From the NCBI RefSeq assembly GCF_001194135.2, contig NC_068987.1, positions 27,312,575 to 27,376,574 on the forward strand: 64,000 bases of DNA. The letters are read 5' to 3'. The stretch is from Octopus bimaculoides. Its lineage: Eukaryota. Below, in pieces: positions 13,126 through 27,813 of this stretch. The position numbers and the translations under genes were made by a program. The notes beneath the pieces are model-generated. The model saw nothing but the letters and a program-made list of their open reading frames with translations, ran no database searches and was not told the origin of the DNA. Each line of letters begins with the position of its first letter. Positions within the stretch are counted from its first letter, which is position 1.

Positions 13126-16052
13126 AGTTTCAGTTACTGATGTTGGTTATTAGTCTCTTGAAACTGGCATCTTTTTTGTGCTACTATTGCATATCTATCT
13201 TTTGGAATAGTTTCTTACCTCCAGAGACGTGTTTAGCCAGATGACAATCCCCATTGTCATTAGTAAAAGAAGATATTATATCAACGGAATTACCTTTACT
13301 TTTATTTTGCGAGAATTTAAGGTTCTTCGGATTTAAAAAAAATTGTTTGTTCATTGTTTACCTGAATAATCTCAGTTAATCGAATGTCTTAGAACTTGCT
13401 ATATTATATATGTATCTACATTTTGAAAAAATTCCCGTGAACAAATTACCCTCAGCCTGTGGTAACATAATTTTGCGGTGTTAGTTTGTGGTTGTAGACG
13501 CTTATTTATATGCTTACGTAGGTGTAGTATCTGCGGGTGTGTATGTATACTTATTGATATGCTTGAAGATTTAAAGTTAGAATAACTAATGAGGGAAATG
13601 TGGCAAGGGAACTATTTCAAGAGAGAATATACCTTCTTAACTATTTTGTAAACAAGTCAACCACTAAATACTTTCGAGAATGAGATATTAAGTATTAGTC
13701 AAGTATACATTGATATTGAGAATTAAATGAATACAAGTACGTAAGTAAAAGACTGACAGAGAGTCGTTTAATTTTTGGCAGCGATGTACAGCCTCTTTCA
13801 GAATAAACCGCACAGTTATACTAATCATTTCATTGCCATCACTATCATTGTCTGCGTGACCCCGCATAACAATCTATTTCCTCATTTAACAACATTTCCG
13901 CTTGTGAAACATTTATTTTGTTTCTGATCTTCTGAGAAGCTATTCACTACTATGACACGTTATACAAAAGTCAAGTGATTATGAATGCATAACTAGTGGT
14001 ATTTGTTACCGTTCCCGCATTTCCCTTCTTCAATACATTATTTCATCAACATTGTTCGCAAATCTATCAGGCGGATGGAACACAATGTCTTCAACTACAT
14101 TTGATAATAAAGCCGTGAAGGAGAAAGGTTACGGTTAGTAAGACACAAATTTTGAGCCTTTAAGTAGAATTTTGTAATGACAACTGAAGTATGTGTTTCA
14201 TACCCAGCAGCTTTATTTTCTCCTTTGAAACATTAATATATGAATAAATGCTGAGAGGTATCTAATTAAAAAGTTGCTTTCTGTTGAATGTTCACTTCAG
14301 AAATACATTTATAAGGGAGTTGTGCAGTTAATATTGTCTCCTTTTACTGAGATCTAAAAGTCACAATACCTCTCACTCTTTCCAATGAATTAATCCTTAA
14401 ATACGATATTTAAAATAAGCATTATAAAACCTAGTAATGCAGCAATAACTAATGAGAATCATTTACATTATGGAAGTTCCAGTTTAGAGGATAAACCATA
14501 TTTTGACCTCTAGATATAAAAAGAATACTGCTGTCTATAAAATATAGAATAGCATTTCAGAATAATGTGGTGGTGGCTGTATATTTGCTCTCGTACGACT
14601 AAATTCCAGGCACAATAACGGCAATATATTTGTTGTTAAAGCATTATGGAAAATTCTGTTATAGATAAGTAGATTATATTTCTAAAAAGTGTTTCACGTC
14701 ATATTTCAATTGCCACAGAGTAGAGATTCCTGTTCCCTAAATTATTAAATGCCCTGTACCTAACATTATATCTTTCATTTCAATACGCATTTAGGAATTA
14801 CTTCAAGTGAACATATATTATAAGTAGCGATAATACGTTTCATACTTCATAGAAGACTCCCAACATTCTGGTCAAATCAATAAAAATAAGTAATTACTGT
14901 AACTGTTGTTAGATATTGTTCCTTGATTATGGAAACTGTAAAATGGAGCTAAAAAGTTATCAGTAGCTACTGAAAATATGCATTCCTCCCCTGGTTAATA
15001 CAACATAATGCACAAATAAAATAGGGGCAATCAATTATTACAAATGAATTTAACAATTAAACCTATTTACATAGCAAAAGCACAACAAGTCCAAAATATT
15101 GAGAAGTTTGTGTAATATATCTGAAACTAAAAGCACCGGTCATTTCCATCTAGTTGAAGGACTACTGACAAACTATATATTTTAACGTCAGTATATAATG
15201 TGGTTTTGTAAAGTGAAGTAATATAGCAGCATAAACATGTGGCCGATTTTTCAAGAAGCATGCATAGAAAGCAAACAGGATTTCACGTCACATTAAACAC
15301 AGTAGGGTACATTGATTCCAAATTTATTGAATACCCATCCTCACTGTTTGATTTACAAGTAAGCCATTGCCTAATTGCAGAGAAAGCATTCTCTGCAAAC
15401 TAGTCGGCTTACAAAACAGGCATTTACAAATGCGTTTTTATCATGAATATTAACATTTGAAGATTTGAATGTCAACAGCTGTTTAACTTCACACTTCATA
15501 TACGTATTGCAATATTTCAAAACCTACTTATTTACAGTTATCCTCTGTAGAGATATTCATATTCAACAACATCCCTGACATTTTCTTTCATTTGAAGCTA
15601 TAAGACGTCTGTGAATATATATGGCCTCAATAGAGGCATACACATACCAACAAAAATATATTTATACATGAAAATGAAGATGTTTAAACAGGTGCAGGTT
15701 ATCTTTCTGATTTAACTACATGATCATATAAAAATAACACTAAAATATGTTGGTGCTCTGGTATTTGAACGATATTAAAATTAACTCTACGAAATGTACG
15801 AACGAAACTATCTAGCTGTAGCTTCTAGGTTAGCTTCGGATAATACGTTAAAGTTTTATTCAACTAGAAAAATATTAGATATATAATCGTACACATGATA
15901 CAAAATATCATATATATGATGTGCAAGTATCGGGCCCACAAACCTGTTATAAAGTACCATAAATTGGTTGTAAACCACATTATTTTGAGATTATTTTATG
16001 TTAAAAGTTTGTAAATAGACGTGTGGCTTACACACACACACAAATATATATG

Positions 16053-16149
<97 letters not shown>

Positions 16150-16151
<2 letters not shown>

Positions 16152-16540
16152 TTGAGTCTTCCGTCGGTTACGACGTATGAGGGTCCCGAAATCTAAACTT
16201 TTTTTGTCAGTCACAAAACTAGAATGCAACATTTGAGTCCCGTCATCGATTTGAAAAGAATCCTGCTCATGTTACAAGTATGTGGATTATGGGTCAGTGC
16301 AGGAGGTATATTTGCAATCGCTTTTCTCCTTCGCCTTGAACCACTTAGCCTGTTAAAGCTATTTGAAACAAAGGCCTTTATACGATTTTGAAATGATATG
16401 ATTTCCATTGTGTTCGGTCCAAGGCTGTTTGTTCAACGGTGTTGTGAGCTATATTGACGACTGAGATGTTACTCAACAGTTTTCTCTTATATCTGAGCTA
16501 TGATCGAGAAACACACATATCCATTTCTACATCTGTATGA
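16150..16540 (-). mobile_element. 3' fragment of an RTE-clade LINE with microsatellite tail
   Basis: The minus strand reads LRYKRKLLSNI...EQTALDRTQWKS and RRRRK...HTCNMSRILFKSMTGL, decayed versions of RTE C-terminal motifs (xLRYKD, AxDRxxW, terminal C2H2-like). It ends in CGTC..CGACGGAAG followed by (CA)n/(TA)n at 16040-16150. Confidence 0.55.
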
Positions 16541-19500
16541 GTGGGCCAGCTTCTCGTTTCTGTCTCAGCTCACTGTTTATAATATCTGATATAATTATAC
16601 ACAAACACACACACACGCACACAAACACACATACATACATGCAGACATATATGTACTCATGCATATAACTATGAATGTGAGTGTAATTACATGTTACTAA
16701 AAGATTGGAGATTTCGCATATTTTAGCAGTTCTTCTGGTTATAATGGAACCAATGTCGTGATGCGCAGTGGGTGTTGCTTGCGCAGTTCTATTACAGATA
16801 TAATATTTCGGAAAATGTGTACTTGAGATGAATTAATATTTAATCTAAATTCCCGAAGCAAAATCATAAACGGAAAACTTCATTCTACGCTAGTTTATAA
16901 CAGTGGAAAGCGCATAGAATATGCTAGTTTTAATATATAGCTGGATCTTTAAAAAGTATTTTCCTTTCAAGAAGTATTAGCTCTGTATATATATACTGGT
17001 AATAGTTCAATGAAATGAATGTATTATATTAAGTGGTATTATTTTTTATATTTGCTTAATCTTTCTCACCATGTAAATTGTTACAACAGTATACTATGTT
17101 AGGTATCTTTATTAATAATCAGATAAAAATAGTAATATCTTTAATTATTCTCTCTAACTTTACATAGGATATCGGTAAAGTTTTCTCCGAACATATGGTT
17201 TTTAGCTTCTTTTCCTTTATTGTGTTGGAGCAGTTATACAAAATAAAATTTTTCCACCAAAGACGACAACAGTGAAAGTTCTTAGACATTCGTTTATCAC
17301 GATTACTTTTTCAAATACTTTTATGCGTGTAATGATTTCTTCTATCGGTTACTTTCGTTGAATCACAGATTAATAACGTTATTTATATTTTACTGATTTC
17401 AGCTGACACTTGAAATATTTGATCAGTATAAATGTTGGCAATCGTTTACACTGAGTTGATTTTATTATCCTTATATTTACTACTACGACAGAAAAAAAAA
17501 TCGAAAGCCTATCTATGTGATCAAAGCAATGCTGTGTCTTTCCACCGAAAAGTTTCTGCGATATGTCAAAGATTTTGTCATGTATTTGGAAAGTTACATT
17601 TATATAAATCGCATTTTATTGTGAAATACACCTCATATTTTAAGAAGATTACGTAAAGAGGTTCTGACACTTATGAAAAGTGAATCCTCTTACAATCAAG
17701 TTGTTATTAACTTTCATAGAAACACAAGGTATTGGCATTTGTTGATGTGATATATTTCTCAGCAATCTGTAATTCCCAGTCAGGATAAAAGATGTTAACA
17801 TATTTCAATATTACGGTTGCATAAATGACTTGAGCTTTTCTTCATCATTTAGCAGTACGTAGGTTAGTTTTGCAGTTCCAAAGAGAGATTTGTGCTCGTA
17901 AGTTAGCATAATCACACAAGCTAATGAACATAAATAAAAAGCTCAGAATGGAAAATCTTTTTAAACAGCAGGAGGAAATATAACAGACTAGGGAAAGAGT
18001 ATCGAAGAGAAGTAAGAATAAAGTTTAAGAAAAATGGAAATGAAAAACGAAGAAAATATTAAATGTGAAAGCAATCTGTAATGAGAATAAATAGAGCAGG
18101 GTGGGTACTGAATATTAATTGGGACTTAAAATACTCATATATATATAAACATATATTAACTCACACATATAATATATATAATCATATATTAACTCATATA
18201 TAATCATCTATATGAGTGGACCAGAAAGTCCCTGCATTATTTACACTGAAATAAACAGTGTCACTTAGTAATTAGAATATCAGCTGGGTTGGTACATCAG
18301 TGTATAAAGAGCAGTGTTTAATAACTGGAACGACATAGGTTCAAATAGTGTGTTGCATATCATCGGGAGAATTTCGATGAAAATAAAATCGCGTCAACCT
18401 AGTAAATTATAGTGCATTTTTCTAATGAAAATGTCAGTTGGTAGGGAAAATTAAATTTCTTTGAGGTTCTACATATTTTTTTATAACTAAATGGAGGCTA
18501 AAAATAATATAAATAAAACTATCAGAGTTATAAATAAAAATGGAATTCAAAGTCTAAAGACAACACTTACTTATTTACAGGTTGGTTTCTTGAACTGTGT
18601 ACAGCTGTGATTTTAAGGGACTCGATTTACCATTGACTTATGAAAATAATGGGGTATAATAAAGAGTGTGTATTGAATTGAAATATATCTATTATTCTAA
18701 ATGCAAAGGACTGTGTATTTAATTAAGAAAAAATATGCATTGTAACAGTTTTAAGTAAATTGTAACAGAGAAAAACTTAAATATTGTGAATATAATTTTT
18801 TCTATTCTTCATGGATGATTATGCTGTCAATAAAAGTCTGGTGCATATTTAATTGAGCGAAACAAATTGTAATGCAAGTCAATGTGATAGATAATTTATG
18901 ATCGAAAAGCATAAATTTACCTGAGCTATTTATTCCAGTCTATCTGTTGAAACGTTGATTATTACACCAATAGCAATTATGTTGGTATAACATTTCATTA
19001 CTCTTTAACTTCATAAGCATTAAATGCTATTTCCTATTGAACTGTTTAATAAATATAATACTAATATTGTTAAACAACGTCACTTACTAGATATGACATG
19101 AATCAATACGCTTAGCGCCTTCAATCATTAATAATTTCATAACTTATCTGTTCTTTGACAATGTTCTCTGTGTTTTCTTGCTACTTCACTTTGTGACACA
19201 AGGCTACTTGATTCGTCACCAACGAGAATACTACTTTTCTCAGATAACAAAGAATAATGAAATACTCTAGAGACATCCGGCTTAGGGCAACTAGAATTTT
19301 AAATTTCTTCTGAATGACAGATCTAATAATCCAAGAAGAGTGTGGTTCTATTTGAGTATATAAGCATTGATTTGCTGTTGATATCGGACTATATTGGTCA
19401 ATCTACATCTTGTATTGTAAACATAATCGGTATTAGAGCTTTTGCGTTTGTGAGAAGAAATATATTGCAATAGTTTTACAGCATATTACTACAAAAGTCA

Positions 19501-20522
19501 ACGTAGTGGTACGTTTTAATATACTAATATTGACCGAATTTACTCCCGGTAAACTTGTACTCTCACCTGAGAATATCAAATGTACTATGTTGAACATCCC
19601 CGAAATATATGTAATACCGTATTAAATTAAAAGTGAGGTTCCCAGTTGAAGGTCAATCACGATTATTTCTTAACATAAGGTAAACAGTATCTATCAATTT
19701 CAGAAGAAAGTACATCAAAAACGCACGATATAAAATTAACCAAGTGAAAACGTAATACTAAAAAAAAAAATATGTGAAAACTGTATATCAAAAGGAAAAG
19801 CGTACACATAATCATTGTTTTTAAATAAATATAAAATCAATAGAAACTTTGTGGATAAATAAAGCAAATCTTTTAATATCTTAATCTGTTTACTTCGCTA
19901 GATGCTGGCAAAGTCAGATTAAACAGCATAAACTTTACTAATTCGATTAAATAAAGGAAATCACATAAAACAAATGAATTATAATGGTCTATATATTTCC
20001 TTCACCAAATATCTAGACATTTTACTTCATAAATATGTAATTTAGGAAAATATATAAACAAGAATACAATCTAATTTGTGGTAGGTATATGGTATAGACG
20101 CTATAGCTTAAATCTGATTTCAGAAACATTTCTTATATCACCCAAAGATTGTCTATTAAATCTAGGTTGGCGGAAGCAGTGAATCTGTTAATTATTCAAT
20201 TTATTTTTGCTTTTACTACTGCTAAAATGAAGAACGATGCGCTGCAAAGGTGTATAAACAGTAGTCTGTGTTTGGAGCGTATACATACTGAAGTGTATAT
20301 AATTTTACAATTGCAATATTATTGTCAATATACTTTTAGTAGAATGAAATTTATGAATTATTCATTGTCTATTTCTCTTCACTAAAGTTAAGTAGTTTAA
20401 ATTTACCAAAAACAAAAAAAAATAAAAAAATAAACAAAAGCAACTTATATATTCAACTACAACATAAGGTACCTATGAACATTCTGTGTGCATGGATGGA
20501 TTTGTGTGTGTGCGTGTGTGTG

Positions 20523-20560
<38 letters not shown>

Positions 20561-21139
20561 AATGCGTATATGCGTTTGTGTGTGTACATGCTTGCATGTT
20601 AGAGTATTATATGCGAAATGGAGACGTCGACTGTTATAAGTTATGTACAAAGTTAGTGTTATAGGAGTCGATTAATTTAGCGTTTATATGAACACGTTCC
20701 AACACTCCAATGAAGTGTAAGACGCACATTCGTAACTAGATATTGGTAGTAGTAAAGACACATACACATAAATGCACATACAAACTTGTATGTGTGTATG
20801 TATGTATGTATGTATGTATGTATGTATGAATGCATGTATGTATGTATGAATACATTTTGTTGCCGAGAAATAAATGTATCGTTCGGATACACTAGACTCG
20901 TGTATATTTATATACATGCAAAACTCATGCATGGATCAAGACTTATCTACATCTAGAATACCTGAAATACTTTCTAACGAAATTATGAGAAACATAAAAT
21001 GTAACATATATCAGTATTAATTACTAGTTTGTTATATATTTCAAACTTCAGTGACAGTGTGTGTATTCTGGAAACCAAGTACCAAATATGATGAAAGTAA
21101 CATAAAGAACATAAAATTCCAGCGGGCAAGAATCAGTTT

Positions 21140-21435
21140 GTATATTAAAATGAGAACACGCAGCAGAATGCACGAAACACAACTTGATTTATGTTGGTTG
21201 TACAACAGAACAATTAAACAAAAAATTCAATGCGCACATATATGACGTTAGGCATAATAGCAGTAGCTCGACAAAACTTGCCGATCATTTTGAATCAAAC
21301 GGCTTCAATTTTGAAAAAGACTTGAAAGTGCATATTCTCAGAAAATATTCTGAATCTGGTACACTTGTAGTACCCAAAATGTATGAGGAGAAATATGTTT
21401 GCGGATATTAACGTCACGCCCTGGAGAAATGAATA
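21140..21435 (+). mobile_element. Penelope-like element remnant: GIY-YIG endonuclease domain
   Basis: Frame AECTKHNLIYVGCTTEQLNKKFNAHIYDVRHN...KLADHF...DLKVHIL...EEKYV, then frameshifted LTSRPGEMNK. This matches the CxxxxxxYVGxT...RFxxH...LAxHF and terminal LxTxxPxGLN pattern of Penelope GIY-YIG domains. Confidence 0.75.
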
Positions 21436-21958
21436 AAATGATAGAATTTCATCAAATTGACATAAACTGTTTGATTAAATATTCTTCTTTTTCCTTTTCT
21501 ATCTTCTTTCTTTTTTCTTTTTTTTTTCTCTTTTTTTCTTTCTTTTTCTGTTTGCTTGTTGTAAAATTGAGCTTTGAAGACTGATGATGTCATTCCATCA
21601 ACGTGTGAACTCTGGTTGCTCTTGTTCATATTTTAGATTTGAATTTCTATAATTTTGAATTTTTATCACGTTTTATTTTGAACTCAACAGAGACAAGTTT
21701 GCTGTCAAAATATCATTTAAGTAATAAAATATCTATTGCAATCGCATCTCTCTCTTTGTATTGTTTATTTACCTTTGTGAAGAGTTACGTCAATCCTTTT
21801 AAAATATTAAAGAGAATATGAATAGTAATGATAATAATAATAATAACAACAACAACTAGAACAACATCTGAAAAGTCTCGATCCGCGTATGTGCCGAAAA
21901 TGTATGGAGAGAATATATATATGTATATATATATATNNNNNNNNNNNTATATATACAC

Positions 21959-22115
21959 CATCTATTATATATCGATGATCTCAAGTTATACATAAAAACG
22001 AAACGGTTTTAGATTCTATGAATAAGAGAATAGGGACATTTAACAAGGATACTGGAATGCAGTTTGCGGGTAAGTGTGCAATATTAATTATATATGAAAG
22101 GTCGATTGTTTAAAA
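21959..22115 (+). mobile_element. Reverse transcriptase fragment of an R4/Dong-like (RLE) LINE
   Basis: HLLYIDDLKLYIKT starts at 21959, followed by frameshifted KDTGMQFAGKCAILI. Compare LYMDDLKLY...DIGMxFGxDKCAxL in RLE-type LINE RT. Confidence 0.7.
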
Positions 22116-22216
22116 CATTGCCACAACGCAATGTCCTATTTTTATCAGACAGTAAATTGTGGTAGATGTTGACAATCAGTAGTAGTTGAAACATGAAAAG
22201 TGATGTAAAAATTTGA

Positions 22217-22507
22217 GCTCACAAGGTAGGGGCCTTATCTCAATTTATGAGCCAAATCATGACAATAGCAAGCGTATGTACTGAAATGAAAATCTGGCAG
22301 TATAATGAAGTTTCCCTACCAGCAATTATGCCTGACAGTGAAATAGGAAAAGTCATAACAAAAATAATCAGGGACAATCCACCAACTACGCCCATGGAAG
22401 ATAATTTATATCGCCTAGTGAGGCAATATTATGGCAAAGGAAATCTTCGATGGAATAAATCCTATCCACTACAGAACATGACAGCACTATTTGGTTTCAT
22501 CTGTTAA
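22217..22507 (+). other. Non-repetitive 96-codon open frame, origin unknown
   Basis: Stop-free from 22217 (AHKVGALSQFMSQIMT...PTTPMEDNLYRLVRQYYGKGNLRW...). Protein-like composition, but no family recognised. Confidence 0.25.
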
Positions 22508-22930
22508 AATTTTACGGTTGAGACCTGTAGAAATCTGACTACTTCAATGACGTAGATATAAGATGAAAGAAAATATAAAAAAATACTTCCAGGAAATACT
22601 TTAAAAGCATGAACACCAAGTGGGACAAGACCTCAGAAAATTGTATGTAATACATTGACCACCATTGCTACTTTTGCTTTAGAGAAATTCCATCATTATT
22701 TCGGCAGTACACTAAAAACCAAATATTTTTTTTACAGTCTTAGAATGACAAATTTCGAGGTTCTTGATGCATCATAAAATCTATATACCTGCATGGGTTG
22801 TAGATAATTGTCACTGGCTGTTTAAATGTGTCTGCTGTTAGTGTTAAGCACAGTCGGCTAAACAATACATGTGACAAAACAAAAATTCCAAGCGTAACTT
22901 TTAATTCCTCGTTATTGAAAACATGCAAAG

Positions 22931-22962
<32 letters not shown>

Positions 22963-24599
22963 GTGTTGTGCTGTCGATGCAATTGTATACGGAGTTACGT
23001 ATTTACATATGTGTTCAGGTTGGTGTGGACACAGTTGTTAAGATTTCCTAGTTACCTGAATTTTTGAAAGCAACAACATTTAAATAGTTATAGAGTAAAT
23101 GTTTGCAGTATTTCTGAACCGTTCTTTCTTATGTATATAATGTAACCAAAAATATTCCGCAGAATGCACGATAGCAGGAAGTAAAGCAAATTGGTAGTGA
23201 TTGAATATCTTTAAAGTCGTGCCAATAATTATCACGACAAACAACAAACGAATACGAAGTGTTTAAGTCGTGCAACGTGAAGCAAAACAATAATTTACCT
23301 CCATTTTCGTTTATTTGTTATTTATTTCCACCAGAGAAAACCACACAGTTATTACTGAAGTGAATGATGTTCTATTTTGATTCAGTGTTGAACTATGCAA
23401 AAGAGCTACGGGGCATTTGAACTTAAGGTGCTAAGTTTGAAACTATTTGGGTATAAAGAGGGGTTTGTGAAATGCCCATTTCCCAACGAATATAAGCTGA
23501 CTGTAAAGCAGTAGAAATGCTAATTGTTTTCCTGTTTGTGTGAAAATGGCAGGTTGCATAGGCAGATTGTATAATGTATGGCACTATCTCTTATATAGCT
23601 TTTCTTAACCAAGTCGTCATGTTTTCGTGAAAATAATGACTATTGAATGGAAACCTGCAAAGTAATTACAATAATATTTTGCATCACATTTTATTATGTA
23701 AGTATATACAGCATGAGATGATGTCTTCTGAATTTATACATACATATATATATATATATATATATTAATGAACGTATGAACATAAAATTTATGTGAGCGT
23801 TAATAAGTGTGGCACACACGGATACACACACGCATACACGTTTAAATTAGAAACCGTAAAAAAGAATAACATCAACTGAGAGATTCTAACGTCAGTACAT
23901 GTACACACATACATATATATACATATAGCGAGATAATGACAGAGGAAGAGAGAGAGAGAGAGAGAGAGAGAGCGTGTGTGTGTGTGTGTGCGTGTATACG
24001 TGTGTGTGTGTATGTGTGTGTGTGTGTGTGTCTGTATGTGTGCTTCTGTTTATGTACTTCAGTTTAAGTGAATGGGAGACTGGTTTGGCAAAATAGCGTG
24101 TTGGCCATTTATCTCTTATTCATTCTAACATTTGACTTCATAAATTAGTTGTGATGACAGTAGTCTCAGTCTGCATCAGTCTGCTTTTCCTTCGAGCAAT
24201 ATCCATGGCATGGTCAGATCACTCATATTAGTAGCCGACTACCATCAATTGCTTTACGTATAATATCTACATGTGTACATTCACTTGCTCTTGCTTGAAT
24301 GTAGGTGTTTGTGTGGGCGTATGAATGTATATTTGCTCGTATATATGTATATATGTATGTGTATGTGTGGAGTATGCCTGTGTATATGTATGTGTGATAT
24401 ACTTCTATCCTTTGATTGAATTGAAGGATATGAAAGTGCTCCTGCCGTCTCTCATGAGAACGTTCATAACCCACAACGCTGAAACAGGTGTTACAAGGCA
24501 GCCCGACCAACTCTATATACCGCCAACCCTCTGCTCTTGATTGCAAGTTAGGTACAAACAACTAATGGACGAAAGGTTAAATTTGTAACCAATAAAGAG

Positions 24600-25700
24600 A
24601 GAATCTAAGCAAATAGCACGTGATATTTTATGTAACATTAAACATAATATTAGCTGGTTCTGTTGCAGCTGGTAGGGAAGAGCAGTGTTCATGTCCTTTG
24701 CAGACGTTCCTAGACCAATGAGATTGATGTCATTAATTTTCCATTTGAAATTTCTAAGGCAATATCTGCGGAAAGGTATAAGCAGGGAAGGAATACCGTA
24801 GGGCCGATACTTCAAGAAGGAAACATGGCATTATGAGCATTATGGTTAGTGTCGTGCCGATTTGGGTTCAATAAAACAAGAGTAAGGTGAAGAGGTTGCG
24901 ACAGAAAATCATATGTTAAATTTTCATGAGCACAACCAGATCCACAGAGCGAAGCCCATTAAATTGGTGGCAGAAATGTCAGATAGACAGCACACAATGG
25001 GGCAGAGGCTGGAGCAGCTAGACTGTGAATGACTTCATGCCAGTCAGTCGAGTGCACCTTTCCCGAATGTAGTGTAGGAGCTTTCTATATGCAGGAGCAA
25101 CAGGACTCCAGATGTGAGATCAATATTCTCTTGCGCGCCCCAAATGAGCTTTGTGAAGAATCATTAGGGACTGATGTATCTTCTAAACCTGATATGAAGG
25201 TCCAGGTTCTGTAAAGATACCCTAAGTTCAGGATGTACTTTTACTAGAAGAAATCCACGATGATTGTGTGAATGAGCAACTCGAGCGATTTTGTGCGTTG
25301 TAGCAGAAAGATTTTCATGATTAAATGGACTGTGATGTGATGAATTTTTCTGTCTTTTCTAGGAATCGTCACATATTTCGAGTCTTGGCTGCGAGTGAAT
25401 AATGCTGAGTAAAAGAATGTTTGGAAGGAATAAAGTGTAAGACCATCAGCGAAACAGTGAGTGGGTGTTGTTGGATGCGTAAGTCAGCAAGGTGCAATTA
25501 TTTTACTAATAGATTACGAACCGATAACAGGATGAACCTGTTTCCTAGTGCCTGCTGGTGGTGTTAGAATCAAGGTGAGGAAAAACATCGTCAACAAGCC
25601 TCGATAGCTCGATCTGATAGAAATCTTCTGATTCCAGAGGTGAGAGCTAGGTAGGAAGCGTCTACTGAAGTTTCACTTGCAAAATATATTAGAAAGCATT
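24600..25700 (-). mobile_element. Degraded CR1/L2-group LINE ORF2 (RT to C-terminus)
   Basis: The minus strand gives HCFADGLTLYS (decayed YADD, FADG at 25442-25453), EY*SHIWSPVAP (25108-25128) and LQPLPH. Many stops and frameshifts. Confidence 0.65.
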
Positions 25701-25999
25701 GCTGATAGTAGGGTGGTACAACTGGGTTCAGTGTCACAGACTAGGTCACCAATAGATGTGGCTTTATGGTAAATGTACTGAGCGTTATTAAGGAGAGATA
25801 TAGATCCACAGTTTTGGAGGATGTTGTTCATGATGGCCGTCTTCGTTGTCTTGTAATCAGTGCAAAGTGTGACTGTTCGTAGACTCAGAGCTGTTGCATT
25901 CCTTAGGCTTACTTTTGTGTGTAAGCATGTAGGTGTGTGTTATATGCGTGTAGATAATATCTTTTATCTTGTAATTGTTACAGACATCAGACTGCTGCC

Positions 26000-26150
26000 A
26001 TATTGAGACTCAGCTTTGGGGAATTTTCGGTGAAGGAGTTGACCCAAGTGTTTATTATCTTCTGAAGCCTAGCACTCATTCTATTGTTCTCTTTTGTTAA
26101 ATTGCAAATGTATGAGGACATAAACACACATGTGTATTAATAGACATTAT
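26000..26150 (-). mobile_element. Highly degraded SINE family B fragment
   Basis: GACTGCTGCCATATTGAG...GAAGCCTAGCACTCATTCTATTGTTCTCTTTTG...GGACATAAACACA aligns by eye to the reverse complement of 57270-57400. Confidence 0.5.
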
Positions 26151-27076
26151 ATTATGTCTATTTATTTATTTAAAATATTTCTGATATTGCACTTGCATGT
26201 ATACAGTACTTTACCCATGCATATATATTATCAGAACTATTTTAAATAAATACACATAATATAATGTCTAGCAGCTGATATTAACTATTTCTGGATTATC
26301 TCCATTTTCTCATTGCCATATATATATATATATATATATATANNNNNNNNNNNNNNNNNNNNNNNNNNNNNNNNNNNNNNNNNNNNNNNNNNNNNNNNNN
26401 NNNNNNNNNNNNNNNNNNNNNNNNNNNNNNNNNNNNNNNNNNNNNNNNNNNNNNNNNNNNNNNNNNNNNNNNNNNNNNNNNNNNNNNNNNNNNNNNNNNN
26501 NNNNNNNNNNNNNNNNNNNNNNNNNNNNNNNNNNNNNNNNNNNNNNNNNNNNNNNNNNNNNNNNNNNNNNNNNNNNNNNNNNNNNNNNNNNNNNNNNNNN
26601 NNNNNNNNNNNNNNNNNNNNNNNNNNNNNNNNNNNNNNNNNNNNNNNNNNNNNNNNNNNNNNNNNNNNNNNNNNNNNNNNNNNNNNNNNNNNNNNNNNNN
26701 NNNNNNNNNNNNNNNNNNNNNNNNNNNNNNNNNNNNNNNNNNNNNNNNNNNNNNNNNNNNNNNNNNNNNNNNNNNNNNNNNNNNNNNNNNNNNNNNNNNN
26801 NNNNNNNNNNNNNNNNNNNNNATATATATATATATATATACTTATATATATTTATATATATGTTTATGTATTTATAATATATATATATGTACACATTTAT
26901 ATTGATATATATTTATATATGTATATTTGGTATGTATATATATACATTAGATATCTATATGCAATAAATATATTCCAGGTTATCAGGAATTTTACTAATT
27001 TCTACTTTTCTAATGAAATGCAAAAAATATATTTTGTAGTATTACTATTAGCAATTTGAGATATTTACCACGATAC

Positions 27077-27488
27077 AAGCCACTCCTATTTCAGGATAAC
27101 CTCATGGCATGTTATACACATATAGAATTATATCAAATAAAATAATTAAAATAACATAAAATATTTTTTTTTAATAAATATATCTTACCCGCTATTAATC
27201 TGTGTGGAAAGAAGGTAATACATTTAATCGCTACACGAAATTCTGCGCTGGTGTGGTGTGTATTAAGGCTATACATAATACCTTTATAAATATAGCCTTA
27301 ATACACACCCCACCAGTGCAAGTACACTTGTAGCGTTTACTTGTACTACCTTCTTTCCCCACAGATTAATAACAGGTAAGATATATTTATTTAACTAATT
27401 TTATTTCATGTTATTTTAATTATTTTATTTGTTTTAATTTTCTCTGCGTATACTATGCCATAAGGTTACCCTGAAATAGGAGTTGCTT
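27077..27488. mobile_element. ~410-bp foldback/MITE-like palindrome
   Basis: Arms of ~195 bp. Ends AAGCCACTCCTATTTCAGGATAACC / GGTTACCCTGAAATAGGAGTTGCTT, centre GTGTATTAAGGCTATA-17 nt-TATAGCCTTAATACAC. TA dinucleotides lie just outside both ends. Confidence 0.85.
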
Positions 27489-27778
27489 ATATATATNNNN
27501 NNNNNNNNNNNNNNNNNNNNNNNNNNNNNNNNNNNNNNNNNNNNNNNNNNNNNNNNNNNNNNTATATATTAGTGTGTGGGGGATGCCTATAAATCATGTA
27601 TATATGCATACATATATAAGTCGTGAGTAATTATATTTATCTGCGTCACTACCTCCACATCAGCGCCTCTTGGATTTCTGTTATAGCCACTTGTATCGTT
27701 GTTGGCCTAGATTTTGATGAATATTTCGGAGTTTAAATTCAAATGAATATCAGAACTACGATATCTTTTCACATATTG

Positions 27779-27813
<35 letters not shown>

